In this document: positions 14,010 to 28,071 of the stretch, piece after piece
Layout of the letters: every line of letters starts with the position of its first letter
Position numbering within the stretch: position 1 is the stretch's first letter
The notes under the pieces: generated by a model
Database searches by the model: none
Seen by the model: only the letters and a program-made list of their open reading frames with translations
What the model was told of the DNA's origin: nothing
Assembly: GCA_964247055.1 (NCBI GenBank)
Contig: OZ176051.1
Span: forward strand, 13,888,001 to 13,952,000
DNA length: 64,000 nucleotides
Source of the DNA: Paragordius varius
Taxonomy: Eukaryota > Animalia > Nematomorpha
Direction: 5' to 3'
Made by a program: the position numbers and the translations under genes

Positions 14010-15609
14010 TCTTTTATTTCTTTAATTATTATTTATAATAGTGAAAGATTTTTAAATAAAAAATTTATATTTTAATGATGGAAAAAATATATTTTGTCCG
14101 GTTTACTATCGTTATTAAATTAGAGTTGAAACATTAGATTGAAATAAAATTCTTATTAACGCATCCATGTGTAGTGCCCTTTTGATAGGTGTCGTGTCGC
14201 GTAGTGTCGTGAGTCCATTATTCTTAAGAGCAAACCTTTTTTGACGATAGTATTAAGGTTTCCTCTCAAATGATTAGTTAAATCTTTATCAAATTAAAAA
14301 ATTTACTTAGTTAGATTTAAATTAATAATGTGCCATAAAAATCGACCAAAACAAGTGTTTTATGATCGAAAACGTGATTGAAATGGAAATTCTTTACAAT
14401 AAAAATGAGATTTTTAAACATTGCATTTGGTTTAGAGCGACTCCTCTCCTCAAATGGACCAGAAAAATTGGTGATGGATAATATATGTGTGACAAAGTGA
14501 TAATAGGATAATGGAAAAATTTCAATAGATGTTAGATAGATGTATAGATATGCACGTTATCAATAAAATAAGTTTAAATGCAAATTTTACAAATAAAATA
14601 ATTCTCTTAAGGATGCATGTAGCATTATTGAAAATCACATAGAAATATAATAATAAATTTTAATGGTAAGGTGTCAATAAATATAAAGTTAATAGCTTTT
14701 TTTCCGTCACAGTAAAGGCTTGTAATTCAATAATATTATCTGATCCAAAAATTGAGTTTATACAAATAAAAAATGTGATAATTTTTAAAAAATATCTGCA
14801 AGCCCAAATTTTTATAAACGGATTTTATTTGATAAAGCAAAATATTTTGATAGGAAATAAGGACACTTACTTTATAACATAATTGCTAAAAATTCTGTGC
14901 GTAAAATAGCCTAAAGTATAACGATATAAAAATGTTATTTGTTTTACATCTTTAAATATAATATAACGTTTTATCTATATCAAATAATTTACATAAAAAA
15001 TAACATGAATTTGCAAAAATTTTAACGTATAATATATATATATATATATATATATGCCTCCGTACTATTTAGGTGTAATATTTTGATATGGAATAATTTT
15101 GTAAAAAATATTAAGAAATTTTCACTTAGTTAATAAAAATTGTTGACGTAATATCCGGTTTAACTAGTAGTACTCTGCCTTAGAGAAATTTTATTTTGGG
15201 AAATAAATTAATTAATTTACGTAATATATTAATTTGCTTCGATTGATCAAATAAAAAAACTGCACTTTAACTAAAATAATGATTACTTTAAGATAAAAGT
15301 TATTTATAGGTTTATTTGCGAGAGAATGAATATAGAGCGTCCGATTTAGGGGTTTCCCTTGCACTTTTTGGACCTAGGTGAGGATAATCTTTTGAAATTC
15401 GGTATAGTTTTAAAGGGCAAAACCACAGTATATAGAGCTAAGAGTAATTGTAAGGTTTTTTTATAAATTATTAGCTATAACTCAAAATACGTTAAGTTAT
15501 ATATGCATGGGAAAATATTAAAAGGGTAAAAAATTTAAAAATTTTATTTTATCAAACTTAAAGTTTACCCATATATTGGTGCCAATATTAAATAACCCTA
15601 GTATCGGGC

Positions 15610-15859
15610 TGATAGATTTGAATACATCAAGTTAGCTAACCTTAGACTAGAAAAATTTATATATTAGATTTGAATACATTTTTGATTATATTTGAGTTAA
15701 ACTATTGGATCAATTTTGTATTTAACCTGCACATGTTATTTTACCTTGGTTTAACATGTAAATATTATATTCACAAAATGTATATAAACATCAACTTTAT
15801 ATAGTTTAGTTTTTGTATATCTTAATAAATATTATTCTTTTACGGTTTCTAGATTTACT
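15610..15859 (+). repeat. 5' LTR
   Basis: Direct repeat of 19465-19724, roughly 90-95% identical by eye with several small indels. Confidence 0.93.
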
Positions 15860-15896
15860 TGGCGCGGTCGATTTTTTCACCTCATCACATTCGCGC

Positions 15897-18800
15897 ATGG
15901 AGAAAATAAGTCTGGAAGCATATGATCCCGCAACTAGCTTTGATGATTATATCGATTATATAAATAGAATGTTAAAAGCGAAATTAATTCAAGAGTGGAA
16001 GAAATTCTTTTATACTTATTTGCTCCGACATACAATGTGTTTGCAGCCAGCCAGTCGGGAGGGAAAACACGGAATCAGTGATGGATTATTTGATTCGAGT
16101 AAAGGAATGTGCCCGGTGCAACTTTGGGCAAGATGCTAAGAATCAGAGATGGGTTTGTGGGAGGAACTCAAAAGATTGGAAATAGATCCGTTCACAAAAT
16201 TTCCAGATGCAATGTTTGATGGGAAACCGGTTACGTTGGAGATGGTGGTAGAAATGGCAATGGGGTACGAAAAGTCGGAGAGTTGTTTGATTGATCAAGG
16301 TCCCGACAATAGGCAATTATGATGATAAGAAAAAAGTGTGGAAAATGTGGATAAGTGCATGCGAGCAATTGGTGTCCCGCTTCAAACAAAGAGTGTTACC
16401 GATGCAAATTACGAGGTCATTTTGGCAGGTGTTGCCGGCGAGTTAATACACTGAATGGTAACAATAATAATAATGAAGACCGAACGCAAGCAAGTCTGAA
16501 TGGCCATTGGGTGAGGATGTTGTACGATACCGGAGCTCAAATATCATTGATTGAGAAAAGCACGTGGATACAGATTGGAAGGCCTACCTTAGCACCGCGG
16601 GTCCAATATTTGCTGTAAACCATCAAGGTGTAGAGGTGATGGGACAATGCGTGGTAGATGTGAAATGGAATGGTATGATCATACAGTTGGAATGTTTGGT
16701 TACCAGGGGTAACATTTTTGGTTTACCGTGGATGAAAAGCTTTAAATGTAGATTTCCAGAGCCTGTATGTGTAAAAAATGTTAGTTACGTGGATTTAAAT
16801 AAATTCAAGGATTTGTTTTGTGAGGGTATTGAGTGTTACACGGGACCACCCATCAAGTTGTTTCTCAAAAAAGGGAGTATCCCCAGAAGATTTGCAACCA
16901 GGAGGGTACCTATCCCGCTTCAGTCTAAGGTGGAGAGTGAATTAAAGAGGCTTGAAAGTCTGGGTATCATAGAATCCATTAACCCCTCGCAAAAACGAAT
17001 TGACTGGTTAATTCCGTTGGTGATATTAAAAGAATGATAATGATATTCGCATATGTGGTGATTTTAGAGTTACTGTAAACCCAAGTCTGGTTTCTGTCGA
17101 TCCTTTGATTCCTAAGTTTGATCAGTTAGTGTTCAAAATTGGGCAGGGAAAAGTTTTTACGACCGATCAAGAAGCATACTGGCAAATGCCGAAACACCAA
17201 GATTATCAACATTTACTCACGTTTAGTTCACACATAGGTCTTTTTCGATTTAAGAGACTGCTATTTGGAATATCTAGTGCACCCACGATATTTCAACAAA
17301 TTATGGATGAGTTATTAAAAGATTGTCCAGGTACGGCGGTTTGCTTAGATGATGTAATTGTTAGTGCAACGGTAATGGAGCATAAGGATAACTTAGAAAA
17401 AGTGTTGAACAAATTAGCTGCTGTGGGTTTGAAATTAAAAAAGGATAAAATCCAATTAGCTCGTTCCTCAGTGTCATACTTAGGATATATAATTTCAGAC
17501 AAAGGAATTAAACCTGATAACGAAAAGGTAAAAGCAATTTTGAATTGTCCTACACCTACCAACAAAACATACCGGTCTTTTTTGGGAATGTTAAATTATC
17601 ACGCTCGTTTAATTCCATCTTTGGATGCTACGATCGATTTACATGCGCTTACAGGTTCTAAGAAATGGTGTTGGTCGACAAAAGAAGAGACGGTTTTTGA
17701 TAAAGCTAAACTGTTGGTGAGTAATGCATTATGTCTAATACCGTTTAACCCGAAGCTTCCGTTAGTGTTGGAAACAGACACATCGAATGACGGATTCGGA
17801 GCAGTCTTATCACATATGACAAGTGATGGAAAACGGCCGATAGCTTTTGCGTCTCGAAAATGTGCAAAGGTAAAACAAAATTTCTCGGTGATTGAAAAAA
17901 AAGCAAGGGCAATTTTATATGCCCTAGAAAAATTTAAAATGTTTGTGTATGGCAGAAAGTTCGTATTACTAACCGATAAACCCCTAATCCAGTTGTTTGG
18001 CTTTAAGAGATATCTAAGTAATTTTAACAAAAGTAGATTAGTATGGATACTCAGAACAACCGATAATAATTTTAATATACAATATATTAATGGTTCGGAA
18101 AATATAGCGGATTGGTTATCTCGTCTACCGTATGAAGAACCGAGGTTGAGGAGCAAGCACCCAGGCAAATCAACTTTTTAACAACAGACAACTTAAACGT
18201 ACAGCGAATTAAAGAAAATACATTACGTAATGAGTTTTTGATGACATTAAAAGCGGCTCTACACCATAATGATTGGTCAGCTCCAATTTTAAATTCGATA
18301 TTGAGTATAAGAAACGAAATACAAGAATCATATGGTTTGTTGTATTGGGACGATCGTCTGTTTATTCCCAGGGCGTTGCGAAGTGAAACGTTAAAATTTT
18401 GGCATGTTGGACATTCGGGGGCTAATGTGAAAGAGTCTGCCAAGGCAAGGGTTTATTGGCCAGGTATAAACCAAGACATTGAAAGTTATGTGAGATCTTG
18501 TATGGGGTGTCAGTTAAACCGGAGTAACATAAAAAGCAATCCCACGTATAAATGGAATTTTAATACGAGTATCTGGGAAAGGATACATCTTGATATTGCC
18601 GGTCCTATTGATGGGTTTTATTGGTTAATAGCTATCGATAGTAGCTCCAGATGGGTTGAAGTCGAATTGATAAGAACTGTTAATTCTGCAAACATATTAA
18701 TTGGTTAGAAATTTGGTGTGTAAGGTACGGGTTTCCCCGAATCATAGTTACCGATAATGATTCATATTTTGCATCGAAGGATTTTACAGATACCTTGCAA

Positions 18801-19457
18801 CGAGCCAAACATGTCACTAGTGCCTCCTATCATCCACGAACAAATGGGCTGGTACGGGTTATTTACACCTTAAAAGCACACTATAAATCGCTAACGGATA
18901 CTAAGCTGACTCCTGACAAAAAAATAAATCAAGTGTTATGGGGTTATCGCCCCGCCGTACATAGCGCCACAAAAGAGTACCCGTATAACTTATTTCTGAA
19001 AAGAAATATTAATACCTCCTTCTCTTGGGTTAGAGAAACACCCGCACAACACTTAGAGGACGACATAATACCCAATCAAGTTTTTAGACCGGACGAAGAA
19101 GTTTACATAAAGAATGAAATCAATTCAGGGTGGAGAAAAGGTTCAATTTTGGAGAGAACAGGGGTACTCTCGTACACGGTTAAAGATGGAAATCGAACAC
19201 TTCGCAAGCATGCGGATCAATTACGGCCGACCGGAGTCGAGAACGGCAGAGAGGAGGATGATAATTTAACAATAAACCGAACAGATGAAGGTATTACAAC
19301 CAATAATTGGAAGGTGGGGGAGGAACAACGCAAAGAAAAAGAAAACGAGAAAGACACCCAGTTTAAAATAAGAACGGAAAAAACAACTGAGAAAGAACCT
19401 GAAAGGAGATATCCTCTTAGGGAAAGAAAAGCACCAGATCGGCTCGGATTCGGATAA
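15897..19457 (+). pseudogene. Frameshifted gag-pol of the Mag-like element
   Basis: Gag MEKISLEAYDP; paired zinc knuckles CGKVH..CPASNKECYRCKLRGHFGRCC; protease LYDTGA; RT LLFGISSAPTIFQ and CLDDVIV; RNase H LETDTSNDGFGAVL; integrase H-H..C-C, WERIHLDIAGP, TDN, YHPRTNG. Split across >=7 ORF fragments by indels and stops. Confidence 0.93.
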
Positions 19458-19464
19458 GGAGATA

Positions 19465-19724
19465 TGATGGATTTGAATGCATCAAGTTAGCTAACCTTAG
19501 ACTAGACAAATTTATATATTAGATTTGAATACATTTATGACCCTTTATATTTGAGTTAAACTATTGTATCAATTTTGCATTTAACCTGCACACGTTATTT
19601 TACCTTGGTTTAACATGAAATTATATTCACAAAAAGTATATAAACATCGCAAACTTTATATAGTTTAGTTTTTGTATTTTATCTCAATAAATATTATTGT
19701 TTTACGGTTTCTCGATTTACTACA
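19465..19724 (+). repeat. 3' LTR
   Basis: TGATGG...TACTACA, immediately after the integrase stop and purine tract. Confidence 0.93.
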
Positions 19725-20299
19725 CAGGCTACACTTACCCTAGGGTCATTTCATAAAATAAGATTGAATAAGAATATACAATTTGTTAATTCCTTAACGA
19801 AATTCTGTAAACAGTGCCCGGAGATTAATCACAAAATTTTGAAATTTATCAAAATTAATGTTTAATATCACTAGTCAACAAGTTTGGACATTTTTGAGCA
19901 CCACCACTCAAACTTTTAAATTATAACTACAGTGTTTTAAAACCGAATGTGAAAAAGTTTTTGATCCCGCCAATCAAAATTTTGAAATATTATAGGTTTT
20001 TCTTTTTTTCAAAAACAAGAGAAAATCAAGAGAAAATTTAATATAATTTTATAATATATAAACTTATCATTTAATAAAGCGTTTTAAACTCTATCCTATC
20101 TTTTGAATATAAATATGTCATTTAAATATCAGAGAGGAAAAAATAGTACGGACTTAAACGTCAAAATTTAGTCTTTTTTTTTCAAGTGAATTTTAACACG
20201 TATAAAAAAATTTTAAAAAAATACTAAAAAAGGCATTCTATGGTTTAAACCTTCGGCTTTTAGATAGGCTATATTTTTTTGTTAGTTTTCGTTCTTTCG

Positions 20300-21260
20300 A
20301 GTACTTATTAGGCTTTTTCTTTTGAGTTAGTTCTTACAAAAAATCTTTTATTTATACCTGGATATACTTTATTTTTTAAAATTATTGGTTGTTTTGTATT
20401 TTGAATTTCAGATGGATGTTGTATAGCCACTTTTAGTAGAATTTACTGTTATGGGACTGGACCATTTGTATTACCTAATTTTATTCAATTTAATTGTAGA
20501 ATTTATTTAACTTTATTCTGTGAATTGGTTAATTTGACATGTCAATTTGCATGGATTTTGCTTGAAAGTCTCTCTTATCGGGCTTTACGATTACTTATTG
20601 TTATCTTTGCCATATCTGGCACAATTATAGGATCGCTTGGGGGATTTGCAGAGCTTGTGCAGCCGCCCATATCTTTCACACTATACATAAGTCCCTTTTA
20701 GATTTTTAATACTTTGGCTCTTAGCTTGTTTAGTATCTTATTTAATGCCTAGAATTTTGTTATTCATGCATGGAATATTACTTGTATCGACTTGCTCGTT
20801 TAAATATTTAAACATATGTACACGAGGAATGATTGTTATTTTCAAATTAAATACAAATTTAAAAATTAAATTTTGGAAAAATCCTATTGATGGCCTCAAT
20901 TTTCTTTTTTGTTTTGGCCTTTCCATGCCATTAGATATCAGAAAATCCAAAAATAATGGGGTGGTGCAAAACATTGTTGAGCAGTGTATTTATATAAATA
21001 TCTGGCAAATGCCGTTTTATGTTATATTGTTAAAGGAAATATTATTAACCACCTGTTTATCAAAGCCTCGTTTCAAACACCCAATTTTCCTTGACATTAA
21101 TTTTATACTAATAATTCTCTCGAAAATCACACTATAATAATTGTAAGTGACATTTATACTCAAGCTATACGTGTCATGGCTTCTAACCGATATCCCGGTT
21201 TTCTGAATGTAAGCAGGCCCTGTTCTGATTCCACCTTTAAAATAAGTGGTTCTTGCATAT
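20300..21260 (-). pseudogene. Possible decayed retroelement ORF1/gag with tandem degenerate CCHC knuckles
   Basis: The minus strand near 20600-20690 reads YV*CERYGRLHKLCKSPKRSYNCARYG; the surrounding sequence looks coding but is full of stops. Confidence 0.35.
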
Positions 21261-21808
21261 TTATTATATTTTTGAAAAATAAAATAATTGGTTAAATTAT
21301 TGTTTGAATTTGATTTGATGAATCCCCATTATAATGCACTATAACTATTCCAAAAATTGTAATTCATATATTATTTTAAAATATATTCATCATATAATAC
21401 CATTTTCTCGTAATCGATTAAAATAAAATTACCATGTGGATAATATATCCCCATTAGATTTTTCATAGCTTAGGAAAAGGGATAATACGATAAATTCATT
21501 AATTAGCCTTTTTATAAATTTAAAAGTCTGTTTCTGATAATTTAATTACGAAATCTCTTAATTCAAACAAAACCATCTGTTATAGAGTCCATAATTGCCC
21601 ATTTAGGAAAAAGGATCCACACTATATTACTTATATTTCTGCACACTTAAAACCAAACGCCTAATCATATATTAAATATGAAACTCTCTGTACTCTGAGT
21701 GCTTGGCCATTCTAAAAAGGGTACTAATGTTATAATATTTAGGAGGAAATGGCTTGATGCAATCCTTTTTTAAGTTAATTAAAGATTTTCTCCATAGCAT
21801 CATATATA

Positions 21809-23517
21809 CACTAAAAACTGAAATCATATGGACAAAATGTAAAAATATAGACAAATATTTTTTTCTAAAAGACAACCATATTTTTTGAATCTTCATTTTT
21901 TTAAATATAACTGATTGTTTTAAACTGCATATAAAATAAAAATGTAAATTGGTTGCACAAACAATTATATAGTTTACGATTGTAATTAATCTATATTTTT
22001 ATAAAAATGGAAAATGCTGGCTTTGTGATCTGTTTCCGGAAAACCGGTAGTCCCATTCAAATCCAAATATCGAAAAAAATCATTAATGAATGCCCCGACA
22101 ATAGCTTCGCCCTTTTTTGAATTAGGCCCCCAGTTCGGGTCCATCCCGTAACGGGTGTTTTGAGACAATTTTCCAGAGAACGTGTTAGACCACTCAATTT
22201 CAAATATGATTTTTATTTACTTATTTTCGATTGCGCCGAACATAGTCGGCTCGCTTTTTTAATTTAGGCCCCCTTTTTACCCGCTCTCCCCGTAAAATGC
22301 CATTTTTTCAAAAAAACAAAGTCCACAAAAATTTTTTAAATCTATTTTTCGCCCAAGGTATGAGACCGTAAAAATTCAATAAGGATTCTACATATTCCCT
22401 GTTAAAAGGCAATTTTAGTCAAGCGTTTTTTTGATGATAACTGCTGGGTAAGGAGCTACTCAGTAAAAACTAATTCGTCATGTGGCTTTGTGATCTGTTT
22501 CAGGAAAACCGGTGGACCCATTCAAATCCAAATATCGAAAAATATAATCATTATTAAATGCCCCGACAATAGCTTCGCCCTTTTTTGAATCTGGCCCCCA
22601 GTTCGGGCCTACCCCGTGTAAACGGGTTTTTTTGAAAACAGAAGTCCACAAAAATCGTGTCTTTGAGACAATTTTCCGGAGAACGTGTTGGACCATTCAA
22701 TTTCAAATATGATTTTTGTTTACTTACTTTCGATTGCGCCGAACATAGTCGGCTCACTTTTTTAATTTAGGCCCCCTTTTTACCCGCTCTCCCCGTAAAA
22801 TGCCATTTTTTCAAAAAAAATAGTCCACAAAAATAATTTATTGATTCTATTTTTCGCCAAAGGTATGAGACCGTAAAAATTCAATAAGGATTCTACATAT
22901 TCCCTGTTAAAAGGCAAAAATTTTAGTCAAGCGTTTTTTTGATGATAACTGCTGGGTAAGGAGCTACTCAGTAACAACTAATTCGTCATATGGCTTTGTG
23001 ATCTGTTTCCGGAAAACCGGTAGACCCATTCAAATCCAAATATCGAAAAAACATAATCATTAATGAATGCCCCGACAATAGCTTCGCCCTTTTTTTGAAT
23101 TAGGCCCCCAGTTCGGGTCCGCCCCGTGTAAAAAACGGGTGTCTTTGAGACTATTTTCCTGAGAACGTGTTGGACCATTCAATTTCAAATATGATTTTGG
23201 TTTACTTATTTTCGATTGCGCCGAACATATCGGCTCGCTTTTTTAATTTAGGCCTCCTTTTTGCCCGCTCTCTTTGTAAAATGCCTTTTTTTTCAAAAAA
23301 ACCATGTCCACAAAAATAATTTTTTAAATCTATTTTTCGCCCAAGATATGAGACCGTGAAGAAGTCCGAAGGACTTTCTCGGGCTGCATAGCAGCACGAT
23401 ATTTAATCTAGTATTTTATATAGCAAAAATTAAGGTTATTAATATGATTTGGTCTTCTGATAAAAAATGTTTGTCTATATATTTTACGTTTTGTCCGTAT
23501 AATTTCAGTTTTTACTG
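21809..23517. mobile_element. MITE family A copy interrupted by Helitron copy 2
   Basis: Left TIR 21809-~21895 and right TIR ~23450-23517 flank the Helitron. Confidence 0.8.
21990..23411 (+). mobile_element. Non-autonomous Helitron with ~3 internal 480-505 bp units (copy 2), nested in a MITE
   Basis: A|TCTATATTTTTATAAAAATGG at 21990; hairpins AAGTCC-GAA-GGACTT and GCTGC-ATA-GCAGC; CTAG|T at 23408-23412; unit marker GAGACCGT at 22362, 22867 and 23350. Confidence 0.9.
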
Positions 23518-23764
23518 TAAATAATACTATTTCCATACTTATTAAATTTGTGGCTACTTAATTATTTTTTTGTAAATTATCTTGTTTACTACAATTGATG
23601 GATGATATTTGGATAACATATTAACGGTTCCAAGTACACGAAACCGTTTATCCGGTTTTATTTTAGGATACACCTCGGTCCAATTTCAGCACCAAATAAA
23701 ATAAGAACCTTTAAAATTGCAAAATTATTTTATTAACAAATCGTTTAACATTTTTCTCATATAA

Positions 23765-23814
<50 letters not shown>

Positions 23815-24676
23815 AAGACACGTATAATTTTGTCCTCATGGAGTAAAGAGGTTTGACTTACACATTTGTAAAATTCCTTTATATATATACATATATATAA
23901 TAATGCATAATCTGTGATGCAGTTGATCGCTTTAATGAGTCCAATTTGTCCATTTTCTAATGCCGTAGGATTAAAAATAACCCTACGTTATCGTATATAA
24001 AGTTGCCTATCTCACCCATTCATAATTAGGCCTTATCATTAAATAATTTGCTAAGACCTAACGCTGTAGATAACATTAAAAGAATGATCCCTAGCCTCAA
24101 ATAACACCATTTGGAGTTCATATCATTAATACTCCCGCCCAAGGTAAGCTATTTCTATAATGAAAGTTCAAATCAGGCAGGCTATGCAAAGATATACCAA
24201 ACAATTAAAATTCACCCTCGAACAATTCAAATTCCTCCTGAAAGAAATTATGTGTTTTTTAAGATTAAAAATTACCTATTTTTATATTAAAAAAAAATAA
24301 TAGGACAATTAATATAGTACTGAAAAAATAATAAACTATATATTTCTTATTAATGATCAGTTATAAGGCCCGAAAACACATAATTTATTTTTAGGGTGAA
24401 TTTAAATTGTTCAAGGGTGAATTTGAATTATTCGATGGTGAATAATTGTAAAAGGTATATACTGATATAATTTGTCATATATAGATAACAATAAACAAAA
24501 GAAATTGTAAAAATGTTAATATATATTATAATCATTAATTTTTTTATTTTCATAAAAGAATACATTTTAGAGTAGTTTTCTACCCCTAAACTTTCATTTT
24601 GGCAGTTAATTTTATAAAAATATTGCTAAATAAATTTTTCTCTATCAAATTATTTTACCGCGTTAAACATGATAAT

Positions 24677-26667
24677 CTAAGTTGGAACCTGCGAAGCCGC
24701 TATTTAGGAAAAAGGATCAACAAAATTGTGATCCATATATGTGGATTATTTCGAAGCATTAATTATATGATCTCATAAGATTTTCAAAACGGTGCTTCAT
24801 AGAATTTTCATAACTGTGCATTCATATTAATATAATATATACTGATCTGAAGGCCCCAAATTAACAGCTAACGGTAAAAACCGATATACTATAATTTTTA
24901 TCTTTTTATGTGTATTTATTTAAAGCTTTTTTTAACTCGTATAGTATAGGGTTTGAAAATTATCTCCAAACCACACCATTTTTATATGGCGTCTCAGTTT
25001 TAAACCGGTAGACCCCTACCCATAGACCTGTATGAAAAAAGCGCTGAGTTAAATTCTTTGCATTTATAGGGCAAATATTTGTAATCATCTTTGATACCAT
25101 CGTCTCATAAGCTATTCGAAAAAATACCTCAATACTAAATAATCGTTGTATGATGGCGTAAAGGGCATGCATAAAGGCCCCAAATTAACGGCTAATACAA
25201 AAACACCTGGCCTTAATTTTTACCTAGTTACGAGTAATATTTCTAGCATCATATGGCTTCATATTTGTTGAGCTCCAAAACAACGCAATTTCTATTAGTG
25301 GTGCAGTTTATGGCGGGTAATAATAAAAGGGTGGGGCAAAATATATGGCTTTACATGGGGAATGGAATTATCATGGATTCCATATGTTTCTTTAATTATT
25401 GGAAATACAGCTTCAAAACTAAAAAATTTGTTCTATGGCGGCGCATTTTTCAGGGAGTAAAACTTTACATAAATATTTTAGGCTTTTATTGAACTAACAT
25501 AGTCTCATAGGTTTTCTGAAATATGGCTCCAAAGGTATTCTGTATCGATATAGTGACGCAATTTTAAGCGAGTAGTCCCCTAACTAAGGGCGAAACAAAA
25601 AACGCTCGATTAAAATTTTTGCCATACTTGGAATCATTATTGATTCCATATGCTCTCGTGGGATTCAAATTGCTTAAAAATCAAAAGGTCCTTCTATAAA
25701 GGCGCATTTTTTAGGGCAAGGGCCTAATTAACGGCTAATTTAAAAAACCGCTCGACTTAAATTTTTGCCTTTTTACGGGTATTTCAGGCTTTTATAAAAC
25801 TTATATGGCCTGATAGGTTTTCTGAAAATTATCTCCTAAACAACACAATTTCGATATTGTGGCGCAGTTTATAGTGGGTATCTTCTTATTCAGCAGCCAA
25901 TATAAAAAAGCGCTTGATTATAATTGCCTTTTTACGGAGGTTACCTGGAATAATGATTGATTCCATATGCTCTCATTAGTTAGAAAAATTGCCCTAAAAC
26001 TGAAAAATTATTTTATGGTGGCGCATTTTTGAGGGGGTGGAGGGTCTAATTAATGGCTAATTTTAAAAACCGCCGACCTAAATTTTTGCCTTGTTACAGG
26101 TAATTTTAAGCACCTATTGAACTCATATGGCCTGATAGGCTTTTTGAAATTTAGCCCCAAAGGCACGCTATTTCGATATGACAGGGCAGTATTTAGTGGG
26201 TCTCTCCTCACCCAGCAGCCAATATAAAAAAACCCATTAAAGAGGATATACCTAAAATCCTCATTGAATTTTTACGATCTCACACCTTAGACGAAAAATA
26301 GATTCAAAAAATTATTTTTCTGGACTTACATTTTTTTGAAATAAATGGCATTTTACGGGGGGAGCGGGTAAAAAGAGGGTCCAAATTAAAAAAGCGAGAC
26401 GACTATGTTCGGCGCAATAGAAAAAATAATGAAAAAAATATATTGGAAAACGAATGGTCCAACAGATTTTCCGGAAAATAGTATCAAAGATACGATTTTT
26501 GTGGACTTGTTTTAAAAAAACCGTTTTTTACACGGGGTGGGCCCGGGGGGGCCTAATTCAAAAAAATGGCCAACCTATTGTCGGGGCATTCATTAATAAT
26601 TATATTATTTCAACATTTGGATTTAAATGGGTCTACCGGTTTTCGGACATTTTTAGAAATATATATC
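24677..26667 (-). mobile_element. Older or longer Helitron-family copy with ~12 diverged ~150-170 bp monomers (copy 3)
   Basis: 26240-26667 matches the copy 1/2 units; 24700-24830 matches 10985-11100; monomer heads recur at 24851, 25010, 25173, 25720, 25881, 26041, 26202, 26378 and 26549. Termini are degenerate, so boundaries are approximate. Confidence 0.7.
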
Positions 26668-27392
26668 AAAGTGATTCCTAAAATACCAAATAACAAGCAT
26701 TAACAAAAATATATGAATTCAAGGATCTCAAAGTTATTTCCAATGACCTGTGGCTTCGCACCATAAGCGATATTAACGGAATTATTCCAAAACATTTACC
26801 ACTTCGGCAAAATCATTTTCAATAACCTATAGCTATATTGTGTTACCTAACACATGTTATTTGGATAAAATTATTTGTATTATTACTCATATCGGGCCCT
26901 AACAATTTCGGAAAACAATCCAAATGAAATATTAAAGCTTACTTTCACAGTTACAAAGCGTTAAATTAAACAGGCCTTGCTTCCAAATTAAAAATGAAAC
27001 AGGTCAAAACGGTTATAATCGATACCGGATTGGCTCATTAAAAATTTAACAGTTTCGAAATTACTAAAACCGGTACAATACACGTTTTAATGCTATTTTT
27101 ACGGAAGGCGAACAAGGAATAATTCTTTTAAAAAAATTAATTGGAAGCACATATTTGACATTTTATTATAATATAACACCTTTTTACTTATTTTTTGCCG
27201 AAAATCGCTAGTTATTGCGATTGAACAATTAGGTATGTCAAAGCGTTTTAAACTAGAATAGATATAGGATTTTAATTAACATATATATTTTATATGAACT
27301 TATGGAAATTTTTTAGCCCATTATTGTATATTTATTTTAAATATTTTATTTTAAAATAATTCATTGGAAATAGAATATTACCCCAACAATAA

Positions 27393-28032
27393 CACTGTGC
27401 AACAAAATATGGGGTCAATTTTCTGGAGCTTACTTTCATAATATTTTCTGATTCTTTATGGTATTGTGATCAGATCTGCGTAAAAATTTTTTTTACTTAC
27501 CCAGGTCGTTTTCGAGATATGGGACTTTTTCCATATTTGGACATATCCAAAATTTTCTCGTTTGTAAATCTTTTTCGCTAGGTAAACAAATAATATGTGG
27601 CTTATAATACAAATTTTATCATAGACCACCAATTTATCTTTAAAATAAAAAAAAATTAACTCAAAATATTCAATACTTTTTGTTACAGGGGGCAAAAACC
27701 CTCAAAAACGGGGGAAGTTAACATTTTTTGACACAAATATTTTTCATCATCTTATTAAATGAAAACACATTTTATTTTATGTTCTTGGATGTTAATAATG
27801 TTTGTTTAATTATAAATATCATTGTGTAATAGCTTTGTGGACTTTAATTTTTACAGCTTTTTTGCTGTTTTTTTTATGTAAAAAATGATTTAATTTACTC
27901 AGCTGCATATAATATATTCTTTATTTCATATGATATTTTTAAATATTTCCCACACCTAAATATACTCTATATCAGCTTTTCCATCAAGAATATATTATAA
28001 TATCCAAAATGTACAAAAAATATAATACCCAA

Positions 28033-28071
<39 letters not shown>

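Larger units (their letters stand above)
15610..19724 (+). mobile_element. Ty3/Gypsy LTR retrotransposon, Mag-like clade, full length but decayed
   Basis: 5' LTR 15610-15859 and 3' LTR 19465-19724 (TG...CA; the 5' LTR lacks the terminal ACA). Flanks CGGGC (15605-15609) and CAGGC (19725-19729) form a 5-bp TSD with 1 mismatch. PBS TGGCGCGGTCG at 15860; purine-rich TAAGGAGA precedes the 3' LTR. Internal gag-pol order is PR-RT-RH-IN. Confidence 0.95.

Noticed and set aside
20745-21137. 130-aa hydrophobic ORF as a membrane protein
   Set aside because: AT-rich antisense frame of a probable decayed retroelement; no family motif.
21990-23411. CRISPR-like regularly spaced repeats
   Set aside because: Units are ~160/490 bp tandem repeats without unique spacers, bounded by Helitron termini, in a eukaryotic genome.
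26690-27120. Coding-like stretch with VIIDTG (aspartic protease-like)
   Set aside because: Interrupted by stops, a single short motif, and no supporting retroelement context.
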